Of a stretch of DNA of 64,000 nucleotides, positions 21,811 to 32,044 are shown one piece after another. The DNA is from Bdellovibrionales bacterium (GTDB lineage Bacteria; Bdellovibrionota; Bdellovibrionia; Bdellovibrionales; UBA1609). A model generated the notes under the pieces. It did not search any database. It was not told the origin of the DNA and saw nothing but the letters and a program-made list of their open reading frames with translations. The translations under genes were made by a program, and so were the position numbers. Positions within the stretch are counted from its first letter, which is position 1, and each line of letters begins with the position of its first letter. The stretch is from the NCBI GenBank assembly GCA_965219095.1, contig CBDCMT010000001.1, positions 2,144,001-2,208,000 of the forward strand, given 5' to 3'.

Positions 21811-21981
21811 CTTTTTATAAAGGTCTATAAAAAAACACTCCCTATTTACAAAAATATAAACTTTTTTGCAAGACAACCTTTTTGTTACTTAAGTTACATA
21901 AACCTCTCTAATAACGCACAAAGTCTTAAAGGACCTCCCTAGAATTATTGAAATTGTAATCAAAAGAAGCTAAAAGTAAGT

Positions 21982-22365
21982 ATGTCTGTTTCAAAAGTCA
22001 TTTGTAGTTCTAAAGCTCCTCAACCTGTAGGCCCCTATAGTCAGGCCATTCAAGTGGGGCATTTTGTGTTTTTATCGGGGCAGATTCCTATTTGTGCTAA
22101 GACTAATGAACTTGTTTTAGGGTCTATTGAGAAACAAACTGATCAGGTAATGAAAAACATAGGCTTTGTTCTTCAAGAAGCTGGTCTAAACTTTGAACAT
22201 ATTGTCAAAGCCACAATTTTTCTTACTTCTTTAGAGAATTTTAATAAAGTCAATGCCATTTACTCTAGTTATTTTTCAGAAGCCCCTCCTTCCCGTTCCT
22301 GTGTTGAAGTTTCTAAACTGCCTAAAAATGTTGATGTAGAGATTGAAGTGGTGGCTTTTTGTTAA
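21982..22365 (+). CDS. ridA: RidA/YjgF-family enamine deaminase
   Basis: APQPVGPYSQA, SGQIP, PSRSCVEVSKLPKNVDVEIE. Confidence 0.93.
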   Translation: MSVSKVICSSKAPQPVGPYSQAIQVGHFVFLSGQIPICAKTNELVLGSIEKQTDQVMKNIGFVLQEAGLNFEHIVKATIFLTSLENFNKVNAIYSSYFSEAPPSRSCVEVSKLPKNVDVEIEVVAFC

Positions 22366-22387
22366 GTTTTTAACTCTTGTGAAGTTT

Positions 22388-22945
22388 ATGAAAATGATTA
22401 ACATATATACATTTTTTACAGTTTTTATTTTTATTTTTTCTTTTTTGTTCTTAAAAGAACTTCAAAAAGTTAAAAAATTTGAAATCACCTCATGGACTCA
22501 AGATCAAACAGCCGATTGTGCTGTTAGTCTCACTGGAAAAGCCTATCGAATTGAAGAGGGGTTTAATTTGTTAGTACAAAAACAAATCAAAAATCTTATT
22601 ATATCTGGAGTTCACAAAAGTTCTTCTTTAGAAGAGATCTTTCCTGCTTGGCCGTTTTATGGGAGCCTTGATAAAAAAAGAGTTATTTTAGATAAAGTTT
22701 CTAAAACAACTTATAGTAATGCTCAACAAAGTTTATTTCTAGCAAAAACCATAGGATGCAAATCTCTTATTGTCATCACTTCTCACCTTCATATGTACAG
22801 AGCTTATAAAACCTTTCAGGCGATTTTTCCAAGCCATATTCAACTCCAATCTCGCTCCGTGGTCTCAGGACGTCTTAAACCTAGCATAAGAGAATTTTTT
22901 ACTGAAACCTTTAAATCCTTATTCTATAATTTATGGGTATATTAG
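22388..22945 (+). CDS. YdcF/DUF218-family protein
   Basis: N-terminal TM segment, LTG..RI, ISG, TTYSNA, ITSHLHMYRA. Confidence 0.85.
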   Translation: MKMINIYTFFTVFIFIFSFLFLKELQKVKKFEITSWTQDQTADCAVSLTGKAYRIEEGFNLLVQKQIKNLIISGVHKSSSLEEIFPAWPFYGSLDKKRVILDKVSKTTYSNAQQSLFLAKTIGCKSLIVITSHLHMYRAYKTFQAIFPSHIQLQSRSVVSGRLKPSIREFFTETFKSLFYNLWVY

Positions 22946-24145
22946 GTGTTTAAAAATCATTTAGGTTTTTATTTTTTAAAAAATTACCTTTTTTCTAAAA
23001 GATCTGATTCCATTGTAAAAGTGATCTCCTATATTAGTATAATAACTATGTCTTTGGCCTTTTTTTCTTTTTTACTTGTTCTTTCTGTGATGAAAGGATT
23101 GAAGGAATCTTCTGTGTCTAGGTATCTGAAAGCAGAGCCTCATTTAGAAGTTATAGTTCCCTCCCCTAAAGACAAAAGAATTGCTTCACTTGAAAAAAGT
23201 TTGAATAATCAAAATGTAAAAAGACATTACATTTTTGAAAGCCAAGACTTGATCCTGAAAAATTCAGAAGGATTGCTTTCAGGAGTAAAGGCTATAGGTT
23301 TAAAAAAGAAGAATCTTATTAGATTTTTTAATAAGCCAGAAAATAAGAAATTAGCTCAAGATCTCTTAAAAAAAGAAGTACTCATAGGTGCCGACATAGC
23401 CTATACCCATAATTTTCTAGAAGGTGAAAGTTTGACAGCTTTCCCTCTAGAAGCAGCTCTTTACCCTGTGGGAGAAGTTCCTCTTTCAGAGTCTGTAAGT
23501 ATAAAGGGTCTGTTTAGTTTAGACGTTCCTGAGATTGATGGATCTACTATTTTTTATGTCATAAACGATACTTTTTCAGACTTTCGCAACTCAAAACAAA
23601 AAACCATAGGAGTTCATGTTAAATTAAAAAATCCTTACAAATACAAGGTTTTAGAAAATGATATAAAAGCTCTTGGATTTCAAGTGTCTTCTTGGAAGGA
23701 TCGCAATTCTGATTTTTTCTTCTCTCTCCAGCTAGAGAAACTGGTTATGGCTTTGTTTTTAGTCCTTACAGGACTTTTAGCTTCTTTCTCAGTTTCGACC
23801 GTATTATCTCTTTTAATAGAACAAAAGCAACAAGAGATCTCCACTTTAATGTCAATAGGTCTATGCTTAAACAGTGTAAAAAAACTTTTTAGACAAATTA
23901 GCTTCTTACTCTCATTTTTGGGTTTAGCTATTGGTTTGGGGCTTTCTATTCTCGTTTGTCTTTATTTAGAGGCCTATCCTCTTTATCTTCTCCCCTCCCA
24001 TGTGTTTTACGATTCAAGTCTTCCTGTTCATTTGACTTTAGATACCTTTTTATTTGTTTTTACTGTGGGGATTTTTATAGTTTTTCTCAACTCAAGACTT
24101 GCTGTTTTAGGATTTAAACCCCTTTTAAGAAGAAACTCATCATGA
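22946..24145 (+). CDS. Lipoprotein-releasing ABC permease LolC/E-like
   Basis: VLSVMKG, SWKDRNSDFFFSLQLEK, EKQQEISTLMSIG, YDSSLP; FtsX/MacB topology. Confidence 0.85.
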   Translation: MFKNHLGFYFLKNYLFSKRSDSIVKVISYISIITMSLAFFSFLLVLSVMKGLKESSVSRYLKAEPHLEVIVPSPKDKRIASLEKSLNNQNVKRHYIFESQDLILKNSEGLLSGVKAIGLKKKNLIRFFNKPENKKLAQDLLKKEVLIGADIAYTHNFLEGESLTAFPLEAALYPVGEVPLSESVSIKGLFSLDVPEIDGSTIFYVINDTFSDFRNSKQKTIGVHVKLKNPYKYKVLENDIKALGFQVSSWKDRNSDFFFSLQLEKLVMALFLVLTGLLASFSVSTVLSLLIEQKQQEISTLMSIGLCLNSVKKLFRQISFLLSFLGLAIGLGLSILVCLYLEAYPLYLLPSHVFYDSSLPVHLTLDTFLFVFTVGIFIVFLNSRLAVLGFKPLLRRNSS

Positions 24146-25026
24146 AAGCATTTCATTGTGCTAGTTACGGCAAATGGATCTTATGCGGTGAACATGCTGT
24201 CTTGAGAAACCATTCAGCTTTAGTTTTTCCTATCTACTCTAAAAAGCTAAACTTCCACTATAAGCCGGAAGATAAGCCCTTAAATGTAAGAGGAGAAGGA
24301 GGCTTTAGCGAACATTATAGATTTTTGTTTTTATCTATTTATCATAAAGCCCTAGATATGCTAAACATAAAATCTTTAAGAGGGGAGATTCATCTTTCAG
24401 GAAATTTGCCCGTAGGCTCAGGCTTAGGAGCATCAGCTAGCGTGTCTGTTATTTTAGGAAAGTGGTTTAAATTTTTGGGTTTTATAAAAACAGAAGAACT
24501 TTTTAGTTTTTGTAAAGGTCTAGAGGATGTTTTTCATGGAGAAAGTAGTGGCGCTGATATTGCCGTTAATTTAGAAGAAAAGCCTATTTGTTTTACAAAA
24601 ACCTCTTCACAGCCTATCATTCATCCTTTACGGTTAAAATGGAATCCTTACTGGCTTTTATCTTTTTCAGGAGAAATGGGATTCACAGCAGATTGTGTAA
24701 GAAAAGTCAAAGATCTATTCAAAACTGATCCTCAACACGCAAGAAAACTTGATCTGACCATGAAAGAGGCTGTGGAAGAAGCTTCAAAGGCAATTTGTGT
24801 TTTAGATCAAAAGGAAGGACTCTATGTCTTAAAAGAGGCTGTTGATAAGGCTTATGCTTGCTTTAAAGGTTGGGGTTTGATCACTGATCATTTAGAAAGT
24901 TATATGGAAAGCCTAAGAGAGAAAAATTGTTTAGCCTTAAAACCCACAGGAGCTGGTGAAGGAGGTTATGTGCTGTCTTTGTGGAACTCTTATCCCACAC
25001 TCCAGAAATCTTTTATTAAGATTTAG
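24142..25026 (+). CDS. mvk: Mevalonate kinase (GHMP family)
   Basis: GKWILCGEHAVL, PVGSGLGASA, FHGESSGAD, KPTGAGEGG. Confidence 0.88.
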   Translation: MKAFHCASYGKWILCGEHAVLRNHSALVFPIYSKKLNFHYKPEDKPLNVRGEGGFSEHYRFLFLSIYHKALDMLNIKSLRGEIHLSGNLPVGSGLGASASVSVILGKWFKFLGFIKTEELFSFCKGLEDVFHGESSGADIAVNLEEKPICFTKTSSQPIIHPLRLKWNPYWLLSFSGEMGFTADCVRKVKDLFKTDPQHARKLDLTMKEAVEEASKAICVLDQKEGLYVLKEAVDKAYACFKGWGLITDHLESYMESLREKNCLALKPTGAGEGGYVLSLWNSYPTLQKSFIKI

Positions 25027-25299
25027 TTTACAACCTCTTCCCTCATAATGAAACCTCAAGCACTCTTCTAACGATCAAACGTTTTATATGTCGAAAAATT
25101 TTATCTCTCCATGGAAAGTATAGCTTGTATTTTTTACTATTTCCCTACAAATCATGAATTGAAAATCGTTTTATTTGTAAGAATATTTTGTATAATCAAC
25201 ATAACCCTCTTTTTGTCTCAAAATGAGTCACTCGGACTAAAGGTATAAACTGAATCTGTCGATAAAAGATTGTAAAAAAAAATAAAAAAAGGGAAAGGA

Positions 25300-25992
25300 A
25301 TGAAATCTTTAATCATAATTTTACTATCAGTCTTGAGCGTACAAGTAAAAGCTAGCCATTGTACTGAAGAGTGTTGTAAGATTGAGAATTTTAAGGCAAA
25401 TAATTGTCCAGAAGCAAAAATTTTAAGCTCGAATCTTTTGAGCGACTCCGGTTTTATGACTCTTTTTATGGGGAGTTTGGGAGTTTCCAGTGCTACAGCA
25501 GCCCTTACAGACTCCGTTAAAAAAGCATGCCTTGTGAATGCAGGCTTATCTGGCACTCTAGCTTATAAAACTTACAAACACAAAATGGCCTGTCAAGTCA
25601 AAATGAGTGATACACACAGTTCTCTATGTGTCGCAAATTTAGAGAGATTAAAAGTACAATTGATGGTTGCTATGACATCCCTCCTAGCTTCTACAGGTTG
25701 TGCGGCTGTTTTAGAAGTCAATGAAAAAATGGATGATAAACTAAACCGTTTAGGTGATGATGTAAATAAAATCAAAACCAAAACGATAATAGAAATAGGA
25801 AATATGATCGATCAAAAAATAGAAGCATCAATAAATAGACTAAAAAACAGTGACGAAATAAAAGCTCTTAAGGCTCAACTGTTGGAAGATATAAAAAATG
25901 AAGTCAGTGGTGTAAAGGGCGAAGCGTTGCAAGATATAGAAAACATGATCGATAGAAAAATAGATGAATATAGAAAAAAACTGGGAATCTAA
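25300..25992 (+). CDS. Hypothetical secreted Cys-rich protein with C-terminal coiled coil
   Basis: Signal peptide (..VQVKA), 8 Cys, RBS AAGGA. Confidence 0.7.
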   Translation: MKSLIIILLSVLSVQVKASHCTEECCKIENFKANNCPEAKILSSNLLSDSGFMTLFMGSLGVSSATAALTDSVKKACLVNAGLSGTLAYKTYKHKMACQVKMSDTHSSLCVANLERLKVQLMVAMTSLLASTGCAAVLEVNEKMDDKLNRLGDDVNKIKTKTIIEIGNMIDQKIEASINRLKNSDEIKALKAQLLEDIKNEVSGVKGEALQDIENMIDRKIDEYRKKLGI

Positions 25993-26073
25993 GTTAAGAG
26001 ATATCGTTTTTTAGTTTTAAAATATGCAAGTATTTAAAGTATGAAGCGTTTATTGATAGGGAGATAAGGGATT

Positions 26074-27291
26074 ATGAAGGGATATTTTTTTTCTCTATAC
26101 CCATTGCTGTTCTTGATTTTTTTAATTTTTTCATTTTTTTTATTTCAAAACTGTTCTTTTAGAATAAAAGGCGAGGATTCAGAAAGCGAGTTCTCAATTT
26201 CGGCAATTTTTGAAACTTCAGAAGAGTGTTGGAATTCTGATTTTCAGAGTTGCATTTTTTTTAAAAATCCTTTTTATTCTATGTCCATTCAAGATCAAAA
26301 CAATTTTTCTATAAAGGAAAGTTGGTTCAAAGAAGATTTAAGTTTATTTCAAATTCAAGCTATTGATCTTGAAGGTCTAGACTCTTCAGGTTTTTTAAAA
26401 AATGAAAGATTCTCTGTTATACCTTATGAGGATGAAAGACTTTCTGTCAAATCAATGGGAGAGAATAAGTTAAAATTTCACTACCCTTCTTCAGAATTAG
26501 CTCAAATAACTGCATACTACTGGACTCATAGAACTTTGAATCTCATAGAAAGCTTCATGCCTAAAGAAACCATAGCTCATACAGAAACATTCCAAGTCCA
26601 TACAAAAGCAAAAACAACAGGATGGTCTTCAAAAAAGAAATCCATATATCTTGGATATGATGAACAACTGGATACAGCCTTCAGTGCTGAAACCACCATT
26701 CATCTTGTAGCAGAAGCCAGTCTTTTTTTTCAAACCAATGGTGCTGTCTATAAACTTAAAGATAAGACAAAACATATCACTTGTGGTTTCATGCAAAAAG
26801 ATAAAACAGTGGCTTTATATAAAGACCACTGCTGTTCTTTAAAGAGGGGTTGCTCTAAAGCCCTTATTTTTGGGCAAGGCGATTATATTGTAAGTTTGTT
26901 CTTTCCTAGGGCTCCTATTGTAGGGGAAAGCTATGCTGGCAGTCTCACAGGTTTAAGCTACTGCGGAATTTCAAGAAACCTTAGCGAAGTGCGTCAAAAA
27001 ACTGCAGAAGAGTTCTTTACTGCTTGTTCAGAAGAGGGAATGCCAGGGCAGATTTTCACTATGGGGATTTTTTATGCCTCTCTTTGGTGGAACATCAGGC
27101 AACAAGCTCTCCTTGAGAAAAAAGAAGATGACGTAGATAAGCTTTTCTTCCTTCATCTCTTAAGATTAAACGGTGATGATGACATTATAACAGCCTTTGA
27201 GAAAGTCAGAAATTTAGATTCAGAAATTTTTCCTAAAGAAGAAAGTCTTTATTCTTTATTTGAAGAGGAACTTAAAGAGAGAGGGCTTTAG
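26074..27291 (+). CDS. Lipoprotein with degenerate M4/M36 metallopeptidase-like fold
   Basis: FQNC lipobox; AQITAYYW, TIHLVAE, ALIFGQGDY, GIFYASLWWNIR resemble M36/M4 blocks. Confidence 0.6.
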   Translation: MKGYFFSLYPLLFLIFLIFSFFLFQNCSFRIKGEDSESEFSISAIFETSEECWNSDFQSCIFFKNPFYSMSIQDQNNFSIKESWFKEDLSLFQIQAIDLEGLDSSGFLKNERFSVIPYEDERLSVKSMGENKLKFHYPSSELAQITAYYWTHRTLNLIESFMPKETIAHTETFQVHTKAKTTGWSSKKKSIYLGYDEQLDTAFSAETTIHLVAEASLFFQTNGAVYKLKDKTKHITCGFMQKDKTVALYKDHCCSLKRGCSKALIFGQGDYIVSLFFPRAPIVGESYAGSLTGLSYCGISRNLSEVRQKTAEEFFTACSEEGMPGQIFTMGIFYASLWWNIRQQALLEKKEDDVDKLFFLHLLRLNGDDDIITAFEKVRNLDSEIFPKEESLYSLFEEELKERGL

Positions 27292-27294
27292 AAC

Positions 27295-27555
27295 ATGTTA
27301 AGAAGAAAAAAACTTTATTTTATTTTTTATTTAATAACTTTTTTATCTATTATGGCCATAGGAGTTTATTTTAATTCCACAAAGCCAAAAAGCATTTCTA
27401 AAGTAACCCAAGAAAAAACGGTTCAAAAAGAAAATATTGCAAAAAAAAGCTCTTCCTTTTCTTCACAAGCGTTAACGAAAACCTCATCAACAAACATACC
27501 AAATTCTGAAAGAAAGGATTCTCTGTCAAAATCAGCGCCACTACTTTCTCCATGA
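27295..27555 (+). pseudogene. Membrane-anchored protein truncated by the inverted lolC-mvk copy
   Basis: N-terminal TM segment and low-complexity linker; runs into antisense mvk sequence at 27531. Confidence 0.6.
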
Positions 27556-28392
27556 AAAACATCCTCTAGACCTTTACAAAAACTAAAAAGTTCTTCTGTT
27601 TTTATAAAGCCTAAAAATTTAAACCACTTTCCTAAAATAACAGACACGCTAGCTGAGGCTCCTAAGCCTGAGCCTACGGGCAAATTTCCTGAAAGATGAA
27701 TCTCCCCTCTTAAAGATTTTATGTTTAGCATATCTAGGGCTTTATGATAAATGGATAAAAACAAAAATCTGTAATGCTCGCTAAAATTCCCTTCGCTTCT
27801 TACATTTAAAGGCTTATCTTCTGGTTCATAGTAGAGGTTTAGCTTTTTAGAGTAAATAGGAAAAACTAAAGCGGAATGGTTTCTTAAAACAGCATGTTCA
27901 CCGCATAAGATCCATTTGCCGTAACTAGCACAATTAAATGTTTTCATGAGAAGTATCCCTTAAAAGAGGTTTAAATCCTGAAACAGCAAGTCTTGAATTG
28001 AGAAAAACCATAAAAACCCCTGCTGTTAAAACAAATAAAAAGGTATCTAAAGTTAAGCGAACAGGAAGGCTCGAATCATAAAACACATGGGAGGGGAGAA
28101 GGTACAGAGGATGAGTCTCTAAGTAAAGACAAACAAGAACAGAAAGCCCCAAACCAATAGCTAAACCTAAAAAGGAGAGTAAAAAGCTAATTTATCTAAA
28201 AAGTTTTTTCACATTATCTAAAGAGAGTCCTATTGACATTAAAGTGGAGATATCTTGTTGTTTCTGCTCTATTAAAAGAGATAGCACAGTCGAAACTGAA
28301 AAAGAGGCTAAAATTCCTGTGAGGGCTAAAAACAAAGCCATGACAAATTTCTCTAGCTGGAGAGAGAAGAAAAAATCAGAATTACGATCTTT
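27531..28392 (-). pseudogene. Diverged inverted partial copy of lolC/E 3' end and mvk 5' half
   Basis: Aligns with about 23696-24558 at roughly 90% identity (by eye); nonsense CAA>TAA at 28192-28194; both genes truncated. Confidence 0.9.
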
Positions 28393-29001
28393 GCCGAGCT
28401 CCACTAGCATGCTGATGAATCGATACGTAATACCAATTACAGAAATTAATTCGACATTTTCATGTTCAAATTTAAAATTTTAAAATTGACTTAAGGAAAA
28501 GTTTCAGTTAGGAGGTTTTAAAAAAACTTCTTTTAAGGTGAGTTTAAGTTTTCATAAGATAAGTTTATTTCAGGTATATCTATTTGTTGTGTAAATCGAT
28601 TGATGGGTTAAAATAAGTGTAAAAAAGTGAGGGTAAAATTTAAAATAACAAAAATCAGTTACACAATTTAATTTATAGGTTCAAATTAATTTACAAGCTT
28701 GATTCATCTTGTTGTTTTGTCCAAGATCGAGTGCATAATTTTTTAATCCTGCCCTCCTGATCGCAAAAAGTATTCCAGGCCTCACAACAAGTATTCAGTA
28801 TATGGTCATAGTTTTTAAAACATGCATTCGATAATTTGATCCTTCGTAATTGTTGCCAGACTTGTTCCATGGGATTTAATTCTGGACTATAAGGAGGTAA
28901 AGGCATCAGGGATAAATTCTTAGGAACTATCAAAGTCTCTGTGGTATGCCAACTGGCTCTGTCCATTAAAACAATTCCATGATAGTTTTCTTGAATATTT
29001 T

Positions 29002-30533
29002 GTAACTGCTCACCTACATTGTTCAGTTATCCTTAACTTTAGACCTATTTTAAGATAAAAGTCTTGCTCTTACAGATTTTCTTTTAAATACTTTTTTCAA
29101 ATGACAATAAATAAGACCTCCATCAGAAATGAGATTGAAAATATAAGAAGTGACTTTGATAAGTTTGCAAAGAAAGGTTCTGTGCCTACTGAGATTTCTG
29201 TGGTTTTTGAATCTCTCTTTAAGGTTGTGAACATTCTGATTGCTGTGCTTTTAGAAAAACAGGTTCGAAAAAATTCCAGCAACAGCGGTCTTCCTCCTTC
29301 GCAAGATTTTAGTCGTCAAGGGAATCGTAATAAGAAAGCTAGTGGGAGTCAAAAAAAGGGCTCTAGACTTGATAACAGTAAAGATACAAACAGTGAGGAG
29401 ACTGTCTTTCCCTCAGAGTGTTCTCAGTGTGGGATGTTTTTAAAGACAGCAGAGGTAAAAAGCCTTGAGAAGCGTAAAAAGATTGATATTTTTTATGAAA
29501 TTCAGACCCATACTGTAACTTCTGAAGTTAAGGATTGTCCCTCATGTGGAGCTAGAAATAAAGGTCAATTCCCTAAAGGTATGAGTGGTCCTCTTCAGTA
29601 TGGTATAGGCATTAGAGCTTCCATCATCAATTTCATTATAGTTCAGATGCTGTCTTTTCAACGTGTTGGGGAACATTACATGGGGCTTATAGGTCGAATG
29701 ATTTCTCCTGCAGTTATGTTGAGATACATTGCTGAATTAGGAGAGTTTCTTAAAAGTTGGGAAGAGCAGATGAAAGAAAAGATACTTGAATCAGAGGTCA
29801 TTCATGTTGATGAGACCTCTATGAGGGTTAAGGGTAAAAACTACTGGATTCATACTTATAGTTCAGGAGAATTAGTCTTGCAGTTTCTCCACCTTTCAGG
29901 TGGAAGGGAAGCCATAAAAGATATTGGTCTCTTGGATAGATATGGAGGAGTGCTTGTGCATGATTGTTGGAGTCCTTACTTTTGTTATGATAAGATAACT
30001 CATGCTTTGTGTGTGGCTCACCTTTTGAGAGAGCTTAAATTTATAGAAGAAAGCAATGGATTCAAATGGGCTACAAATCTCAAAAAACTTCTTAAAGAGA
30101 CTGTGGAGTTAGTTCATAAAAAAGAGTCAAGAGTTCTGACTCAAAAAGAGTACGAAACTCTTCAGAGAAGGTATAGGAGTATTCTTACAAAAGGCTTAAA
30201 AGAGCTTCCAGAATTTCCTAAGAAAAATGGCAAGAAAGGACGAATAAAGCATACACAAGCTCAAAACCTTTGGCTGCGATTTAAAAAGTATGAAGCAGAA
30301 ATACTGTGCTTTGCTAAAAGAAAGAACGTAGATCCTACTAATAACAGAGCTGAAAGAGATCTAAGAATGACTAAAGTGAAAAAGAAAGTGTCAGGGTGTT
30401 TCAGAACAGAAGAAATGGCGAAATATTTTTGTCGTATTACCAGCTATGTTAAAACAATGAGAAATAGAGGGTATTCTTCTTTAGAAGCCATCTCTATGGC
30501 TTTAAATAAAAACTTACGAGAGTGAGCAGTTAT
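29002..30533 (+). mobile_element. IS66-family single-ORF element (ISBst12-like; IS66-B), intact
   Basis: TIRs GTAACTGCTCAC / GTGAGCAGTTAT; 8-bp duplication AATATTTT (28994-29001, 30534-30541). Confidence 0.92.
29101..30525 (+). CDS. IS66 (ISBst12-group) transposase
   Basis: KNSSNSGLPPSQD, CxxC zinc ribbon, HVDET, HDCW, CVAHLLREL, TNNRAERDLRM. Confidence 0.92.
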   Translation: MTINKTSIRNEIENIRSDFDKFAKKGSVPTEISVVFESLFKVVNILIAVLLEKQVRKNSSNSGLPPSQDFSRQGNRNKKASGSQKKGSRLDNSKDTNSEETVFPSECSQCGMFLKTAEVKSLEKRKKIDIFYEIQTHTVTSEVKDCPSCGARNKGQFPKGMSGPLQYGIGIRASIINFIIVQMLSFQRVGEHYMGLIGRMISPAVMLRYIAELGEFLKSWEEQMKEKILESEVIHVDETSMRVKGKNYWIHTYSSGELVLQFLHLSGGREAIKDIGLLDRYGGVLVHDCWSPYFCYDKITHALCVAHLLRELKFIEESNGFKWATNLKKLLKETVELVHKKESRVLTQKEYETLQRRYRSILTKGLKELPEFPKKNGKKGRIKHTQAQNLWLRFKKYEAEILCFAKRKNVDPTNNRAERDLRMTKVKKKVSGCFRTEEMAKYFCRITSYVKTMRNRGYSSLEAISMALNKNLRE

Positions 30534-31761
30534 AATATTTTTAGATATCTCATCTAAGTGAATTTGCATCATCCCTGAATTACATTCCGGTAAAATCCAA
30601 GCACAGCCTTTATTTCTATCCGGACAAACTGCTCCAAAAATATAAGTGGATAAAAATTGTCTTTGCCTCACAACTCTAGGCCGTGTGCCTTTTCTTGCCC
30701 AAATCCTGCTCAAAGAACCTTGCTGAGCTTATTCTGCATTCATCCTGCCACCAAATCTCTATTTTATGAGTCTGAATCTTTTCTTTTATTTTCTCCACCT
30801 CTTCTGGAAAATGTTCCTTAAACTGTTCCATAGCTTCTTAATGAACTTTTAGGATGAAGAGAACGACCACTGATCCATACAATATTAAGGCGGTCTAAAG
30901 AAACATAAACCCCAGAAAGAGAATAGCAACAGTCAAATTCATCTGCTAAAAGTTTCTGTATTCCCTTTGCTCCTATGCTTCCTCCCTCTCTTTTGTCTTG
31001 AATTTCATCTAACTTGATTTTGAACCTCTCTTCTTCTGTTACTGGCAAACGAGGCTTGCGTCCTCTGCCTTCTCGATCTATCAATCCCTCGTAATCAAAG
31101 TCTACAAAAAAAGACTGTAACCAGGATTTGATACTGTGACGGTGATACAAAACCATACCTGCTGTTTCTTGAATCGATTTTCCTTCTTGCATATGCTGCA
31201 AAGCCAATAATTTTGTCTTGATGTTGGCACTTCTTTCTACTTTGTAAGTAGCCAGAAAATCATACCCTTGAATCTGTGTAACTAAATCTTTTTTCGACAT
31301 GACTCTAAAAATTTAACAGAGTTTTATCAAAAAGCCAGGACGCAATGAGTTAAAAAAATGTCGAATTAATTTTTGGAAATGGTATAACTTCCGTCGATGG
31401 ACACCCGCTCTGTATCAACTTCTTCTTGTAAAGTAAAAAAAAATCATTCCATAACCCTTTTTGTACCCACCTATTAAAGCGATTATATGCTCTCTTCCAA
31501 GGACAGAACTGTTCAGGAATATCACGCCACGGACTGCCTGTACGTAATTTCCATAAAATTGCTTCCATAACATTTCTATTGTTTGCTGAATGATAACAGC
31601 CTTTCTCTCTTATAATAGCTTCCAGATCCTTCCACATAGAATCTGTTAAAACTTTTCTTAACATAACACCTCCCTTTGTTATGAGCTTTTTACAATCTTT
31701 ATAAATATTCAACACGGCTAAGGTCTTGAAAAAGGTCTAGGCAAATAAGGACATGCCCTAG

Positions 31762-31912
31762 AAGAACTTCTCTAATACTTTTGTAACGGGGAAGGCCTTA
31801 GAAAAACGTCTTACAGGCTCGTTTTACAACAAGATCAATAAAAACTTCTCCTTTAAAATCTAAGAAATATTTCCCTCGTAGGAGTCAAGGGCTGTTAAGA
31901 AACCCGACTTAC
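31762..31912 (+). mobile_element. IS66-A right-end fragment
   Basis: Matches about 12053-12203; ends GGGCTGTTAAGAAACCCGACTTAC, followed by TCTTAAAC. Confidence 0.88.
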
Positions 31913-31989
31913 TCTTAAACAATTAAATGAAATATGAGAAAATTTTAGGAATACCTACAGATATGGAGATAGAATCCTTAAAAAAAGTA

Positions 31990-32018
31990 AAAACAGCACC
32001 ACTTTGACAGTGCTGTTT
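31990..32018 (-). terminator. Probable intrinsic terminator of the dsbA-like gene
   Basis: AAACAGCAC-loop-GTGCTGTTT hairpin with A/T tracts. Confidence 0.55.
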
Positions 32019-32044
32019 AATAAAAATTGTCTTAATAGAGTATA

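Larger units (their letters stand above)
28431..31384 (-). mobile_element. IS630-A copy 2, interrupted by IS66-B
   Basis: Nearly identical to 19984-21396; TAA on both sides. Confidence 0.92.
28393..31760 (-). mobile_element. IS5-family (IS427-like) element, interrupted by IS630-A and truncated
   Basis: End CTAGGGCATGTCCTTAT at 31760; ORF from 31664 (AILWKLRTGSPWRDIP); IDGSY|VSIHQHASGAR resumes at 28393-28430. Confidence 0.85.
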
